Source: an uncultured virus (IMG/VR IMGVR_UViG_3300006103_001171)
Taxonomy: Duplodnaviria; Heunggongvirae; Uroviricota; Caudoviricetes
Virus record (IMG/VR): IMGVR_UViG_3300006103_001171
DNA length: 64,000 nucleotides
Strand: one strand, 5' to 3'
Below, piece by piece: positions 19,479 through 28,500 of this stretch (positions are counted from its first letter, which is position 1; the number at the start of each line of letters is the position of its first letter). Both the position numbers and the translations under genes were made by a program. Under the pieces are notes generated by a model that saw only the letters and a program-made list of their open reading frames with translations, had not been told where the DNA came from and did not search any database.

Positions 19479-19605
19479 ATGTGTATTATTTTTATTTATA
19501 AATTTTTATGATTTATCCATTTTTTTTTATTTTAATGATATTTATAATAAACAATAAACATTAGTATGCAAATATGCTAATAAATATTTTAAAAAAGAAA
19601 AAAAT

Positions 19606-20094
19606 ATGTCAGATTTATTAATGAAAATGCCCTTACCATACGAACCTAAAAGGAAAAATCGTTGGTTAATAACTTTCCCAGCTGATTTGGGTATTCAACA
19701 ATGGTGGTTAGAAAGTGCTTCTAGGCCTTCAATTACACAAAATGAAACAGAAATTCAATTTTTAAACACTTCAACATGGGTTATTGGTAGATTTACTTGG
19801 GAAGCAATTGACGTTACATTTAGAGACCCTATTGGTCCTTCTGCATCACAAGCACTTATGGAATGGGTTCGTCTTCATTCTGAATCAATTACTGGTCGTC
19901 AAGGTTATGCCGCTGGTTATAAGCGTCAAGTTAATCTTGAGATGCTTGACCCGACTGGTGTTGTTGTTGAAAACTGGCTTTTAGATGGTACTATGCTTAC
20001 AAACGTTAGCTTCGGTGACTTAGGTATGGATGATGATGGTATCGCTCAAATTACAGCAACTTTACGTTTTGATAGAGCTATACTTTTATTCTAG
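19606..20094 (+). CDS. Tail tube protein (T4 gp19-like)
   Basis: YEPKRKNRW, GRFTWEAIDVTFRDPI, LEMLDPTGVVVENW and ITATLRFD; 162 aa; lies between sheath and chaperone. Confidence 0.9.
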   Translation: MSDLLMKMPLPYEPKRKNRWLITFPADLGIQQWWLESASRPSITQNETEIQFLNTSTWVIGRFTWEAIDVTFRDPIGPSASQALMEWVRLHSESITGRQGYAAGYKRQVNLEMLDPTGVVVENWLLDGTMLTNVSFGDLGMDDDGIAQITATLRFDRAILLF

Positions 20095-20101
20095 TATCTT
20101 A

Positions 20102-20125
20102 TTCGACAAAGCTATATTATTATTT
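20102..20125 (+). repeat. Recoded second copy of the tail tube 3' end
   Basis: ttc gac aaa gct ata tta tta ttt (FDKAILLF) versus 20068..20091 ttt gat aga gct ata ctt tta ttc (FDRAILLF). Confidence 0.7.
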
Positions 20126-20136
20126 CCGTCAAATAC

Positions 20137-20167
20137 TTGACTTGTATTAATTCTTTTAGTATATTTG
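20137..20167 (+). promoter_or_regulatory. Bacteroidota-type promoter for endonuclease 2
   Basis: TTG-N20-TATATTTG; shares TTTTAGTATATTTGTA with the endonuclease 1 promoter. Confidence 0.65.
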
Positions 20168-20202
20168 TATAAATAACAAGTATATTAAAAGAATTTTTAT
20201 TT

Positions 20203-21093
20203 ATGGTAATTTGTAAAGAATGTAATAGAGAGTTTGAAACGTTAGATGCTTTAAGAAGACATCGTGTTCAAAAACATAAAGTATCCGCTGAACAAACATA
20301 TATTGATTATGTATTAGATGGAATTGAACCTAAATGTAAATGTGGTTGTAATGAAAAACCTAAATTTTTAGGTGTTGAAGTTGGTTTTAGGGATTATAAA
20401 TTAGGTCATGCTTCTAGGGTAAATAACAATTGGGGACATAATCCTAATGCTATAAAAAAATCACATGAAACTCAAAAAAAAATGCACGAGAATGGTGAGC
20501 TAACAATTTGGAATAAAGGGTTAACAATTGAAGACGATAGAGTTAGGGATAATATTACTAAAGTTATGTCAAACCCAGAACGTGGTAACAATATCTCAAA
20601 AAAATTAACTGGTGTTGCTAAGAGTCAGGAACATATTAAAAAAATAAAGGAACATTCAAAATTAAGATGGGAAAATCCAGAAGAACGTGAAAAACAATCT
20701 AATAGAAGAATGGAGTATATAATTAAAAATGGTTTTACACCAACTTCAAAATTAGAAGAAACATTTGAAAAAATATTAATTGATAATTTTAATTTTAAAC
20801 TTGATAAGGATTATTACTATCAATTTTATGTTAGAAAAATTAAAGCAATTTTTGATTTTAAAATTTCAGGTAAAAAAATATTAATTGAGGTTGATGGTGA
20901 TTATTGGCATTGTAACCCAAATTCAAGATATGCTGAACCAACTTCAGATGCACAAATAGGTAATTTAATTCAAGACAAAATTAAATCTGAATGGTGTATT
21001 GAGAATGGTTTTAAATTACTTAGATTTTGGGAATCAGATATTAAAAATGATTTAGAATCGGTTATTAAAAAATTAAAAGAAGAATTACTTTAA
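20203..21093 (+). CDS. Free-standing endonuclease (C2H2 finger, NUMOD3-like region, DUF559/Vsr-like nuclease)
   Basis: CKEC...HRVQKH, CKCGC, FDF...LIEVDGDYWH and GFKLLRFWESDI. Confidence 0.8.
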   Translation: MVICKECNREFETLDALRRHRVQKHKVSAEQTYIDYVLDGIEPKCKCGCNEKPKFLGVEVGFRDYKLGHASRVNNNWGHNPNAIKKSHETQKKMHENGELTIWNKGLTIEDDRVRDNITKVMSNPERGNNISKKLTGVAKSQEHIKKIKEHSKLRWENPEEREKQSNRRMEYIIKNGFTPTSKLEETFEKILIDNFNFKLDKDYYYQFYVRKIKAIFDFKISGKKILIEVDGDYWHCNPNSRYAEPTSDAQIGNLIQDKIKSEWCIENGFKLLRFWESDIKNDLESVIKKLKEELL

Positions 21094-21115
21094 ATTTACA
21101 AAATTTATTACAAAG

Positions 21116-21149
21116 AACCCTATGGATAATTCTATGGGGTTTTTTATTT
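21116..21149 (+). terminator. Intrinsic terminator
   Basis: AACCCTATGGA-TAAT-TCTATGGGGTT (with G-U pairs) and T tract. Confidence 0.7.
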
Positions 21150-21206
21150 GTGGTATTTACAAAAAAATTATATTATCTATATTTATTAGAATAAAGTTTT
21201 AAAAAT

Positions 21207-22370
21207 ATGAGTGATATAAAGCCTAATGTATTTCCAAAGGTACAACTAAAAACAACAAATCAAGAAACAACAAATCAAGAAACATTAATTCCAAAACCAG
21301 AAGATATTAAACAAATATCAAGTCAACCTGAGTATGAAGAAAAATTACCAGAACTTATTGATGAATTTTATAATGGTGGTAAAACAAACACGCCGTTAGA
21401 TGATGCTATTGAGCAAATGAGACTTAGAACTTTAGAACAATTAAGGCTTAGGAGTGAAGCTAAACAAAAAGAACAAGAAAAATCTAAGGATGAAGTACAA
21501 ACTGAAAAACCTAAAGAACAAATAAAAGAACAACCTAAAGTTATTGTACCAACAAAACAAACAATAACATCACCAATTAAAACAAATTTTAATATGAATT
21601 CACAAGATTCTTACATTGAACAATTAAGTCAACCTCAATATAATATGAGTTTTGATGTTATTCCTTTACCATCTGAGGGTAAACTTTATAAAAATAAAAA
21701 AGCTAATGTTAGAGTAGCTTATATGACAACGGCAGATGAGAATATTCTTACATCACCTAATTTATTAAAAAGTGGTGAATTTTTAGAGATTCTTATAAAT
21801 AGAAAACTTCTTGAGCATGATTTAAGATATCGTGATTTACATGTTGGGGATAGAAATGCGATTATGCTTTGGATTAGGGCGACTGGTTATGGTGAAATGT
21901 ATCCAGTAACACTTTTTGATGAAAATAATGACCCATTTGAAACGGAGGTTAACCTTAATACATTAAAAGTAAATAAATTAGGAGCTGAACCAGATGCTGA
22001 AGGGTTATTTAATTTTAAATTACCAGTATCTAAGTTTAATATTAAATTTAGACTATTAAACGTTGGTGACATTGATGATATACAAAAGATTGTTGATGAT
22101 GAAGAAAAAAATGGTATACCAATAAATAATACATCAACATATGCTTTAGAAAGACAATTGGTTGAAGTAGATGGTGAAAGAAATAAAACCCTTATAAAAG
22201 AATTTGTTCAAAATATGAGGGTTGGTGATGCTAAGGCTTTAAGGGACTATATAAGTAATATTGAAAGTGGTGTTGATTTAAATATTGAAGTTGGAACCCC
22301 TGGAGGTGGTTCCATTAAAACATTTCTTCCACTTAACTTCAAGTTTTTTTGGCCTAACATTTCAATATAA
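21207..22370 (+). CDS. Tail assembly chaperone / T4 gp26-like baseplate hub assembly protein
   Basis: IPLPSEGKLY, YMTTADENILTS, GDRNAIMLWIR, FKLPVS and C-terminal FFWP; located between tube and tape measure. Confidence 0.75.
   Translation: MSDIKPNVFPKVQLKTTNQETTNQETLIPKPEDIKQISSQPEYEEKLPELIDEFYNGGKTNTPLDDAIEQMRLRTLEQLRLRSEAKQKEQEKSKDEVQTEKPKEQIKEQPKVIVPTKQTITSPIKTNFNMNSQDSYIEQLSQPQYNMSFDVIPLPSEGKLYKNKKANVRVAYMTTADENILTSPNLLKSGEFLEILINRKLLEHDLRYRDLHVGDRNAIMLWIRATGYGEMYPVTLFDENNDPFETEVNLNTLKVNKLGAEPDAEGLFNFKLPVSKFNIKFRLLNVGDIDDIQKIVDDEEKNGIPINNTSTYALERQLVEVDGERNKTLIKEFVQNMRVGDAKALRDYISNIESGVDLNIEVGTPGGGSIKTFLPLNFKFFWPNISI
22341..22353 (+). promoter_or_regulatory. Candidate programmed frameshift site (+1 or -2), AAG TTT TTT TGG C
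   Basis: T7 run reading FFW in frame 0 and FFG in the +1 frame, in the overlap of two ORFs just upstream of the tape measure gene. Confidence 0.6.
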
Positions 22371-22614
22371 AGCTGAATTATGGGAAGAAATATTTCTTTG
22401 TACACAACATATGAATGTAACTTATGCTGATGTTATTATGATGCCAACTTGCGAAAGAAGATTTTATTTAGGTTTATTAGTTAAAAAGAAAAATAAAGAA
22501 AGAGAAATGGTTGATGGGCAAAAAAATTCAACTGGAAAGGGTAAAAGACAATCATCAATAAGTGGGAGTGCATTAAAAAGTAAAATAAAAACTGGTGAAA
22601 TACCATTAAATTAA
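22345..22614 (+). CDS. Frameshift extension of the tail chaperone (lambda T-like part)
   Basis: +1-frame ORF FFGLTFQYKAELWEEIF...MMPTCERRFYL; the track's TTG start at 22285 has no supporting signal. Confidence 0.6.
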   Translation, partial: FFGLTFQYKAELWEEIFLCTQHMNVTYADVIMMPTCERRFYLGLLVKKKNKEREMVDGQKNSTGKGKRQSSISGSALKSKIKTGEIPLN

Positions 22615-22618
22615 AAAG

Positions 22619-22640
22619 AACCCCATATGGGGTTTTTTTA
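22619..22640 (+). terminator. Intrinsic terminator
   Basis: AACCCC-ATAT-GGGGTT and T tract. Confidence 0.7.
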
Positions 22641-22669
22641 TTTTAAGATATTTATATAAAAATAAAGTA

Positions 22670-25324
22670 ATGGCAGTTAACGAAAAAAATAATAGTGGTG
22701 GTAATGATGGTGGTAAAATTGTACCAAATAGTAAAGATTTACAAAATTCGGAACAATTAAGTAAAATAATTGACGAATGGGGTTCTAGTGCAGCTAAGTA
22801 TGTTAGGATACTTAGAGAAACTCATGATGTTCAAGATTCAATTAAAAAAGATAGTTCAGAATACTTAGAGTATCTTAAAAAGTGGAAAAAAACACAAACT
22901 GAAATTAATTTTTTAGAAGAAAGATTATTAAAATTAAATAAAGAAAATAAAGAGGAAAACAATGAAAGGATTTCTCAGTTAATTAAACAAATAAATTATT
23001 TAAAGGAGCAAAATAATGAAATTAAAGAAGGTCTTGATTCTATTAATAAATGGAATTTAGGTCTTCAAATGTCAGGTAAAATACTTGCAAAAATACCAGA
23101 TTTAATGATGTCTGGTTTTGGTATGATTAAAAATAGTGGTGTTTTTGAAATAGATAAAGCTATTAAAAAATCAGCATTAAGTTTAGGTGTTTTTAATGAT
23201 AAAGCCAATGATTTTAGAGGTAATTTTTTCGATGCTGTTGACCAAACTTCACAAATTGGTGGTAACATTGAACAAATGTCCAAAATGCAAAATGAATTCA
23301 GTGATGAATTAGGTAGGTCTGTTGAACTTGGTTCAAAGGGGTTAGTGGCTATGACTCAAATGGCTCAAGGTACTGGTTTAGGTGAAGAAGCCGTAATAAA
23401 ATTGGCGGCTAGTTTTGATAAATTAGGTATGTCAGTTGAAGATGCTCGTGATTTTACCCAAGATACTTATCAAGAAGCTAGAAAATTAGGTCTTAAACCT
23501 AAAAAAATACTTAACGACATAACCAATAATATGGATATGTTAAATAAGTATGATTTTAAAAATGGTGCCAAAGGTTTAGCTAAAATGGCTGAAACAGCTA
23601 ATAAATTGGGAATTGAGATGAAAACAATTGAACCAATGGCTGATAAGGCTTTTGATATTGAAGGTGCTGTTGAAATGTCAGCCCAATTACAAGTATTGGG
23701 TGGTAGTTTATCAAGTTTGGCAGACCCATTCAAATTAATGTATAAAGCACGTAATGATGTTGAAGGATTAACTCAAGATTTTGCTGATGCCGCAAAATCT
23801 TCAATGCATTTTGGTAAGAATGGTATAGAAATGAACACATATGAGATGTCAAGACTTAGAGAGGCTGCTAAGGCTACTGGTGTTGAATATGATAAGATTG
23901 TTACTATGGGTAGAAACCAATTAAAATTAGACGAAATTAAAAAAAGAATTAGTCTTTCTGGTGAACCCGATAAAGATTTAGAAGAATTTTTAGCTAATAA
24001 AGCACAAATTAGTAAAAATGGTGTAATAACCTTAAATATTAATGGTGATACTAAAGATATTAAAAATTTAAATAAGCAACAACTTATTAATGAAATGAAT
24101 AGACAAAAAACTCTTTCGGAGTTGGCTGAAAATTCAAAAAGTTTTGATGAGAGTATTGATGGGATTATTAATAAATTTAAAGTTGATTTTGCTAAAGGAT
24201 TTTTAACAGATGAAAACATGAAACGTATTTCAAATGGGTTTAAAAAATTAACCGATACGTTAAGTGATAAAGGTTTTCAAGAAGCGATAATTGGTTTTGG
24301 TAAGGCAGTTGGAAAAGTATTTTCATTTGTTGTAGAGAATTGGAAATTAATTGCTGGTGTTTTTCTTGGTGGTAATATGGTAAAGGCTCTTTCAGATGTT
24401 GGACAATGGATTGAAAATGGAGTTTTACTTTCTGAAGGGTTTTTATTTGGAATGAAAAAAAATAATTTAATTAGCCTTACTGGTGGTGGTGGTGGTGGTG
24501 GTGGTGGCCCTACTGTAGGTGGTGGTTTAGGTGTTAGTGCCGCTAATGCAGCTACAACAGCTGAACAAGAAGGTATGATATTTGCTGAGGGTCAAGCTGC
24601 TAGAAATGTTACAAATATTAGTAACGATATAGGAGAAACTGGAACAAATACAATTAATAAAGTTGGTGGGGTTACAACACAAAGTGTTCAAAATGTTGAA
24701 AAAGCATCTACTAGTGTAATATCTAAAATTGGTAACGTTGCAAAAGGTACTTTAGGTGCTATTGGTGGTACTGTAACTGGTGGTCTTTTAGGTAGTGGTG
24801 CTTATGAGATGACTAGTGGAAAACAAGCTAATAAAGGTGGTACATTTGGTGCGATAGCTGGTGGTGCTTTAGGTACTATTGGTGCTCTTTTATTAGCACA
24901 ACCAGAATTAATCCCACTTTTTTCAACACTTGGTTCTTCAGCTGGTTCATATATTGGTAATAAAATTGGTGAGGTTAATGATGGGGTTGTATTTAATCCT
25001 AACGATAAATTTATGAAGGTTAATGATGGTACGATGATTGCTGGTACTAATGTTAATGGTAATAAAGATTTAGCTAGAGTATTGGGTTCACAACAAGTTA
25101 ACGCACCATCAACACCTATTAATTCATTACCAGGTAATTTAAATGTACAATTAGGTGATTTAAAAATAAATGGCTCAATTGAATTAAAATTAGGTAATAA
25201 TATAACTCAAGAATTGGGTACTCAATTGATAAATGACCCATCATTTATCAGAAATATATCAAGATTAGTTAACCAGGCTACTCAAACATCTGTTTCTGGT
25301 AAACCTGGTTTAGTTAAAAGCTAA
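22670..25324 (+). CDS. Tail tape measure protein
   Basis: Helical Ala/Lys/Met-rich sequence, Gly-rich hydrophobic C-terminal segments and canonical position after the chaperone pair. Confidence 0.8.
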   Translation: MAVNEKNNSGGNDGGKIVPNSKDLQNSEQLSKIIDEWGSSAAKYVRILRETHDVQDSIKKDSSEYLEYLKKWKKTQTEINFLEERLLKLNKENKEENNERISQLIKQINYLKEQNNEIKEGLDSINKWNLGLQMSGKILAKIPDLMMSGFGMIKNSGVFEIDKAIKKSALSLGVFNDKANDFRGNFFDAVDQTSQIGGNIEQMSKMQNEFSDELGRSVELGSKGLVAMTQMAQGTGLGEEAVIKLAASFDKLGMSVEDARDFTQDTYQEARKLGLKPKKILNDITNNMDMLNKYDFKNGAKGLAKMAETANKLGIEMKTIEPMADKAFDIEGAVEMSAQLQVLGGSLSSLADPFKLMYKARNDVEGLTQDFADAAKSSMHFGKNGIEMNTYEMSRLREAAKATGVEYDKIVTMGRNQLKLDEIKKRISLSGEPDKDLEEFLANKAQISKNGVITLNINGDTKDIKNLNKQQLINEMNRQKTLSELAENSKSFDESIDGIINKFKVDFAKGFLTDENMKRISNGFKKLTDTLSDKGFQEAIIGFGKAVGKVFSFVVENWKLIAGVFLGGNMVKALSDVGQWIENGVLLSEGFLFGMKKNNLISLTGGGGGGGGGPTVGGGLGVSAANAATTAEQEGMIFAEGQAARNVTNISNDIGETGTNTINKVGGVTTQSVQNVEKASTSVISKIGNVAKGTLGAIGGTVTGGLLGSGAYEMTSGKQANKGGTFGAIAGGALGTIGALLLAQPELIPLFSTLGSSAGSYIGNKIGEVNDGVVFNPNDKFMKVNDGTMIAGTNVNGNKDLARVLGSQQVNAPSTPINSLPGNLNVQLGDLKINGSIELKLGNNITQELGTQLINDPSFIRNISRLVNQATQTSVSGKPGLVKS

Positions 25325-25354
25325 TAAATATTTAAAAAAATAATTAAAAATAAG

Positions 25355-25385
25355 TTGATTTTATAATTTTTTTTACGTATATTTG
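25355..25385 (+). promoter_or_regulatory. Bacteroidota-type promoter with no ORF before the next terminator
   Basis: TTG-N20-TATATTTG. Confidence 0.55.
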
Positions 25386-25477
25386 CATATAATATATTAA
25401 ATAACAACTATTAAATAACTATATAATTATAGATTATAATTATTATTATAATTACAATAAAAAATATAAAATAAAAT

Positions 25478-25506
25478 ATAGGCCCTAAATGGGTCTATTT
25501 TATTTT
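25478..25506 (+). terminator. Intrinsic terminator
   Basis: ATAGGCCC-TAAAT-GGGTCTAT and T-rich tail. Confidence 0.7.
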
Positions 25507-25568
25507 ATACAACCTTTATTTTGTTAAATTTTTTTATATAATACTATTTATATAAAAAGATTTATACT

Positions 25569-28500
25569 ATGCCATTGTATTATAATACATCAATACCAAC
25601 AGATAGTACTCGTAATACTATAAATAGTGTTACTGTTGGTACAGTAACTGGTAATGATATTCGTGACTTCTTATTAAGTAAAAATATCATAAACCCTATT
25701 AAATATCCACAGAAAGCTATATTTCAAGGAACTGGACCACTTGGTGGTGAACCAGTATTAGATACATTTGCTAATAATGGTGATTCGGTAATTAATCAAT
25801 TACCAATCGAATCTGAGACTTTTCGTTATGAAAATAATGTTATTAATAATAGATTTGTTAATTCTGATGGGTTACCACCAACATTTGTTAAAATTGAATA
25901 CCAACTAATAGAATCTAATCCAGATTATCCAACATCACCAAATCCAGATAATGGTACAACTGATTATTATAAAGAAGATAGAAATAAATATGGTATTTTA
26001 CCTAAATCTAATTTATTATCGTATAGAGAAAAATCTACATTAAAGAATTTATATGTTGATAATACTAAACAAGTTGATGTATCAGATTATATTGTACTTC
26101 AACCAATTAATACTAATTCTCAAATAAGTGGTGGTTATTTAGATAAATATGGTGGGATAAACTTAGGTCAAGGTGTAGCAGTTCAAGCCGCTAATATTTT
26201 AGGTAGTGCAATTAATGGTCAAGGTATTGGTATTTCAAATCTTAATGGTGGATTATCAAATAGTTTTGATATTAGAAGTTCTTTAGCTGGTAGAGCTTTA
26301 ACAGCAGCTGGCATACTTAAAGATACTAAATTAGGTGTTATTGGTGGTCAACAATTAGCTTTAGCCTTAGCTAATAACGCAGCGTTTAATACACAAAAGC
26401 AAATATTAGGTTTATTTGATGTTAGTACAGATATTACTAATATTATTCAAGGTAAAGGTTTAAATGGTTTTAGAAAAAATTATACAATTACTGTTCCTTC
26501 TAATACTAAACCATTAACATATGTTGAAAAAGTATTAGGTTTTTATACACCGAATTCTTTTTTAAGTAGTGATGGTTCACCATTCTCAAATGAAAATGGT
26601 TATGTAACCGACATGCAATGGACTAACAGTATGCTTATTAATACTGGTGATGGACAAATTGATTCACTTACAGCTAATATTAAAGCTAATCTTGGTTTAG
26701 GTAAAAATGTTTCTAATGGATATAATCAAGACGATACACCATTTAGAAGTGGTTATTCACCAGGTTATACTGACCATAAACGTAAATTTATAGTAAACCC
26801 TAATGGTTACGCATTTATGACAACTAAGGGTGATTTATACCCATTTGTTAATGCTTTAACAACAACAACTGGTGGTACTACTACCACAAATAAAGTAATT
26901 CCAGATTTAAATTGGAATAGAGAGGCGATTGTTGTTGATTATGGTTTTGTTAGTCCAGAAGATGGTAATATCCATTATAATGTTGACGATGGTGCACCAT
27001 TCAAAACTAATTTTACTTGGATTACTAATAATGGTGATGCTTTAAATTCAAATAAAGGTGGAATCACGTTTCAAGGTGATTTAGCCACACCTTCAAATAA
27101 TAAAAAATCACTATTATGGAAAACCCAATTATTATTTAACGATAAAGGTATGAAAAATATCGTATCTGTTAAGGGTGATATGGGTATTAAAAAGAGTACA
27201 CAAATACAAACAGTATCTTCAGTTGGTGGTATATCTAAGGGTTCAGCTGTCTTAACTAATTGGATGTTTAATCCAAAAGATGGGTCAATAATGAAAAATG
27301 CTACTGGGCAAACTGCCGATAATACTTTTTGTAGGGCTTGGACACCATATAATAGATATGATTCATTAAGTAAATTAATAAGAAGTGCTGGTATCAATCA
27401 AGCTGAAACACCTGGTAATGGAAATACAATACAAAATAGGTGGAGGTTAAATTATCAAGGTTCTGTATTAGATGATAATGGTTTTGTTAAAATTGTTCCA
27501 TATAAGACTGATAAAGATATTGATAGAAGTGGAACTTATGGTGGTGGAATACCAACCTCACCTAAGAAATATATGTTTTCAATAGAAAATTTAGCTTGGG
27601 CTGGTCAAGCGGCATCTAACTTATTACCAATTGAACAAGGACCTGGTGACCTTTTAACGGGTAAGTTTGGTAGAATAATGTGGTTTCCACCTTATGATTT
27701 AACTTTTAGTGAAACAAGTAACGTTAGTCTTGAAACAACAAATTTTATTGGTAGAGGTGAGCCAATATATACATATAATAACACTGAAAGAACAGGTAAT
27801 TTATCGTTTAAAATATTTGCTGACCATTCTAGTATTATGAATACTTTTGCTGGTAAAAATGGGCCAAGTGAAGATTTTGTTCGTTCATTTTTATCTGGTT
27901 GTATTGATTTAGAAGCAAGTTGGGGAAATAAATTTACATATGATGAAATGCATCAAGTAAAAATTAAAACGGTGACTGAAGTACCAAAACAACAAGTCGT
28001 AAAACCACCAATATATATCTTTAGTTTTTATTTTCCAAATGATGTTTATGACATTAATTATACCCGTAATCTTAATGATGGTACCTTAGTTAAATTTTAT
28101 GAACATAATAGCAAACACGAAAATAAAAATGGTGATTCTGTTGATGGTATTGGTGTTTATGCTGGACAAGAGGGTAATAATTGGGTTGATAATACCAATT
28201 ATGATTTTAATCTTGGTGTTGAAGGTCCAACAGGTAAAAAATATGATTCAGTTTTTAGTCCAAATTTTATTTCTGATTTAAATACTTGGTTAAATACAGA
28301 AATAAAGGATGGTGGTTGTAAGGGTTGTACAGCTAGAATTAGTGGTAAGGCAAGTAGTCAGACTGTTGCTAATAATATTAATTCACAACTAGCACAAGAA
28401 AGAGCTAAAAGTTTAAACGAGTTTATTACTTCTAATTTTCCAAATGTAAAATGTAAAATAACAAAAACAAATGTTGGTACTGGTAACAATCCTTATGGTA

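Noticed and set aside
19560..19582. Weak hairpin in the tail tube leader (TTAGTATG-CAAA-TATGCTAA)
   Set aside because: AU/GU-rich stem that is plausible by chance; no supporting evidence.
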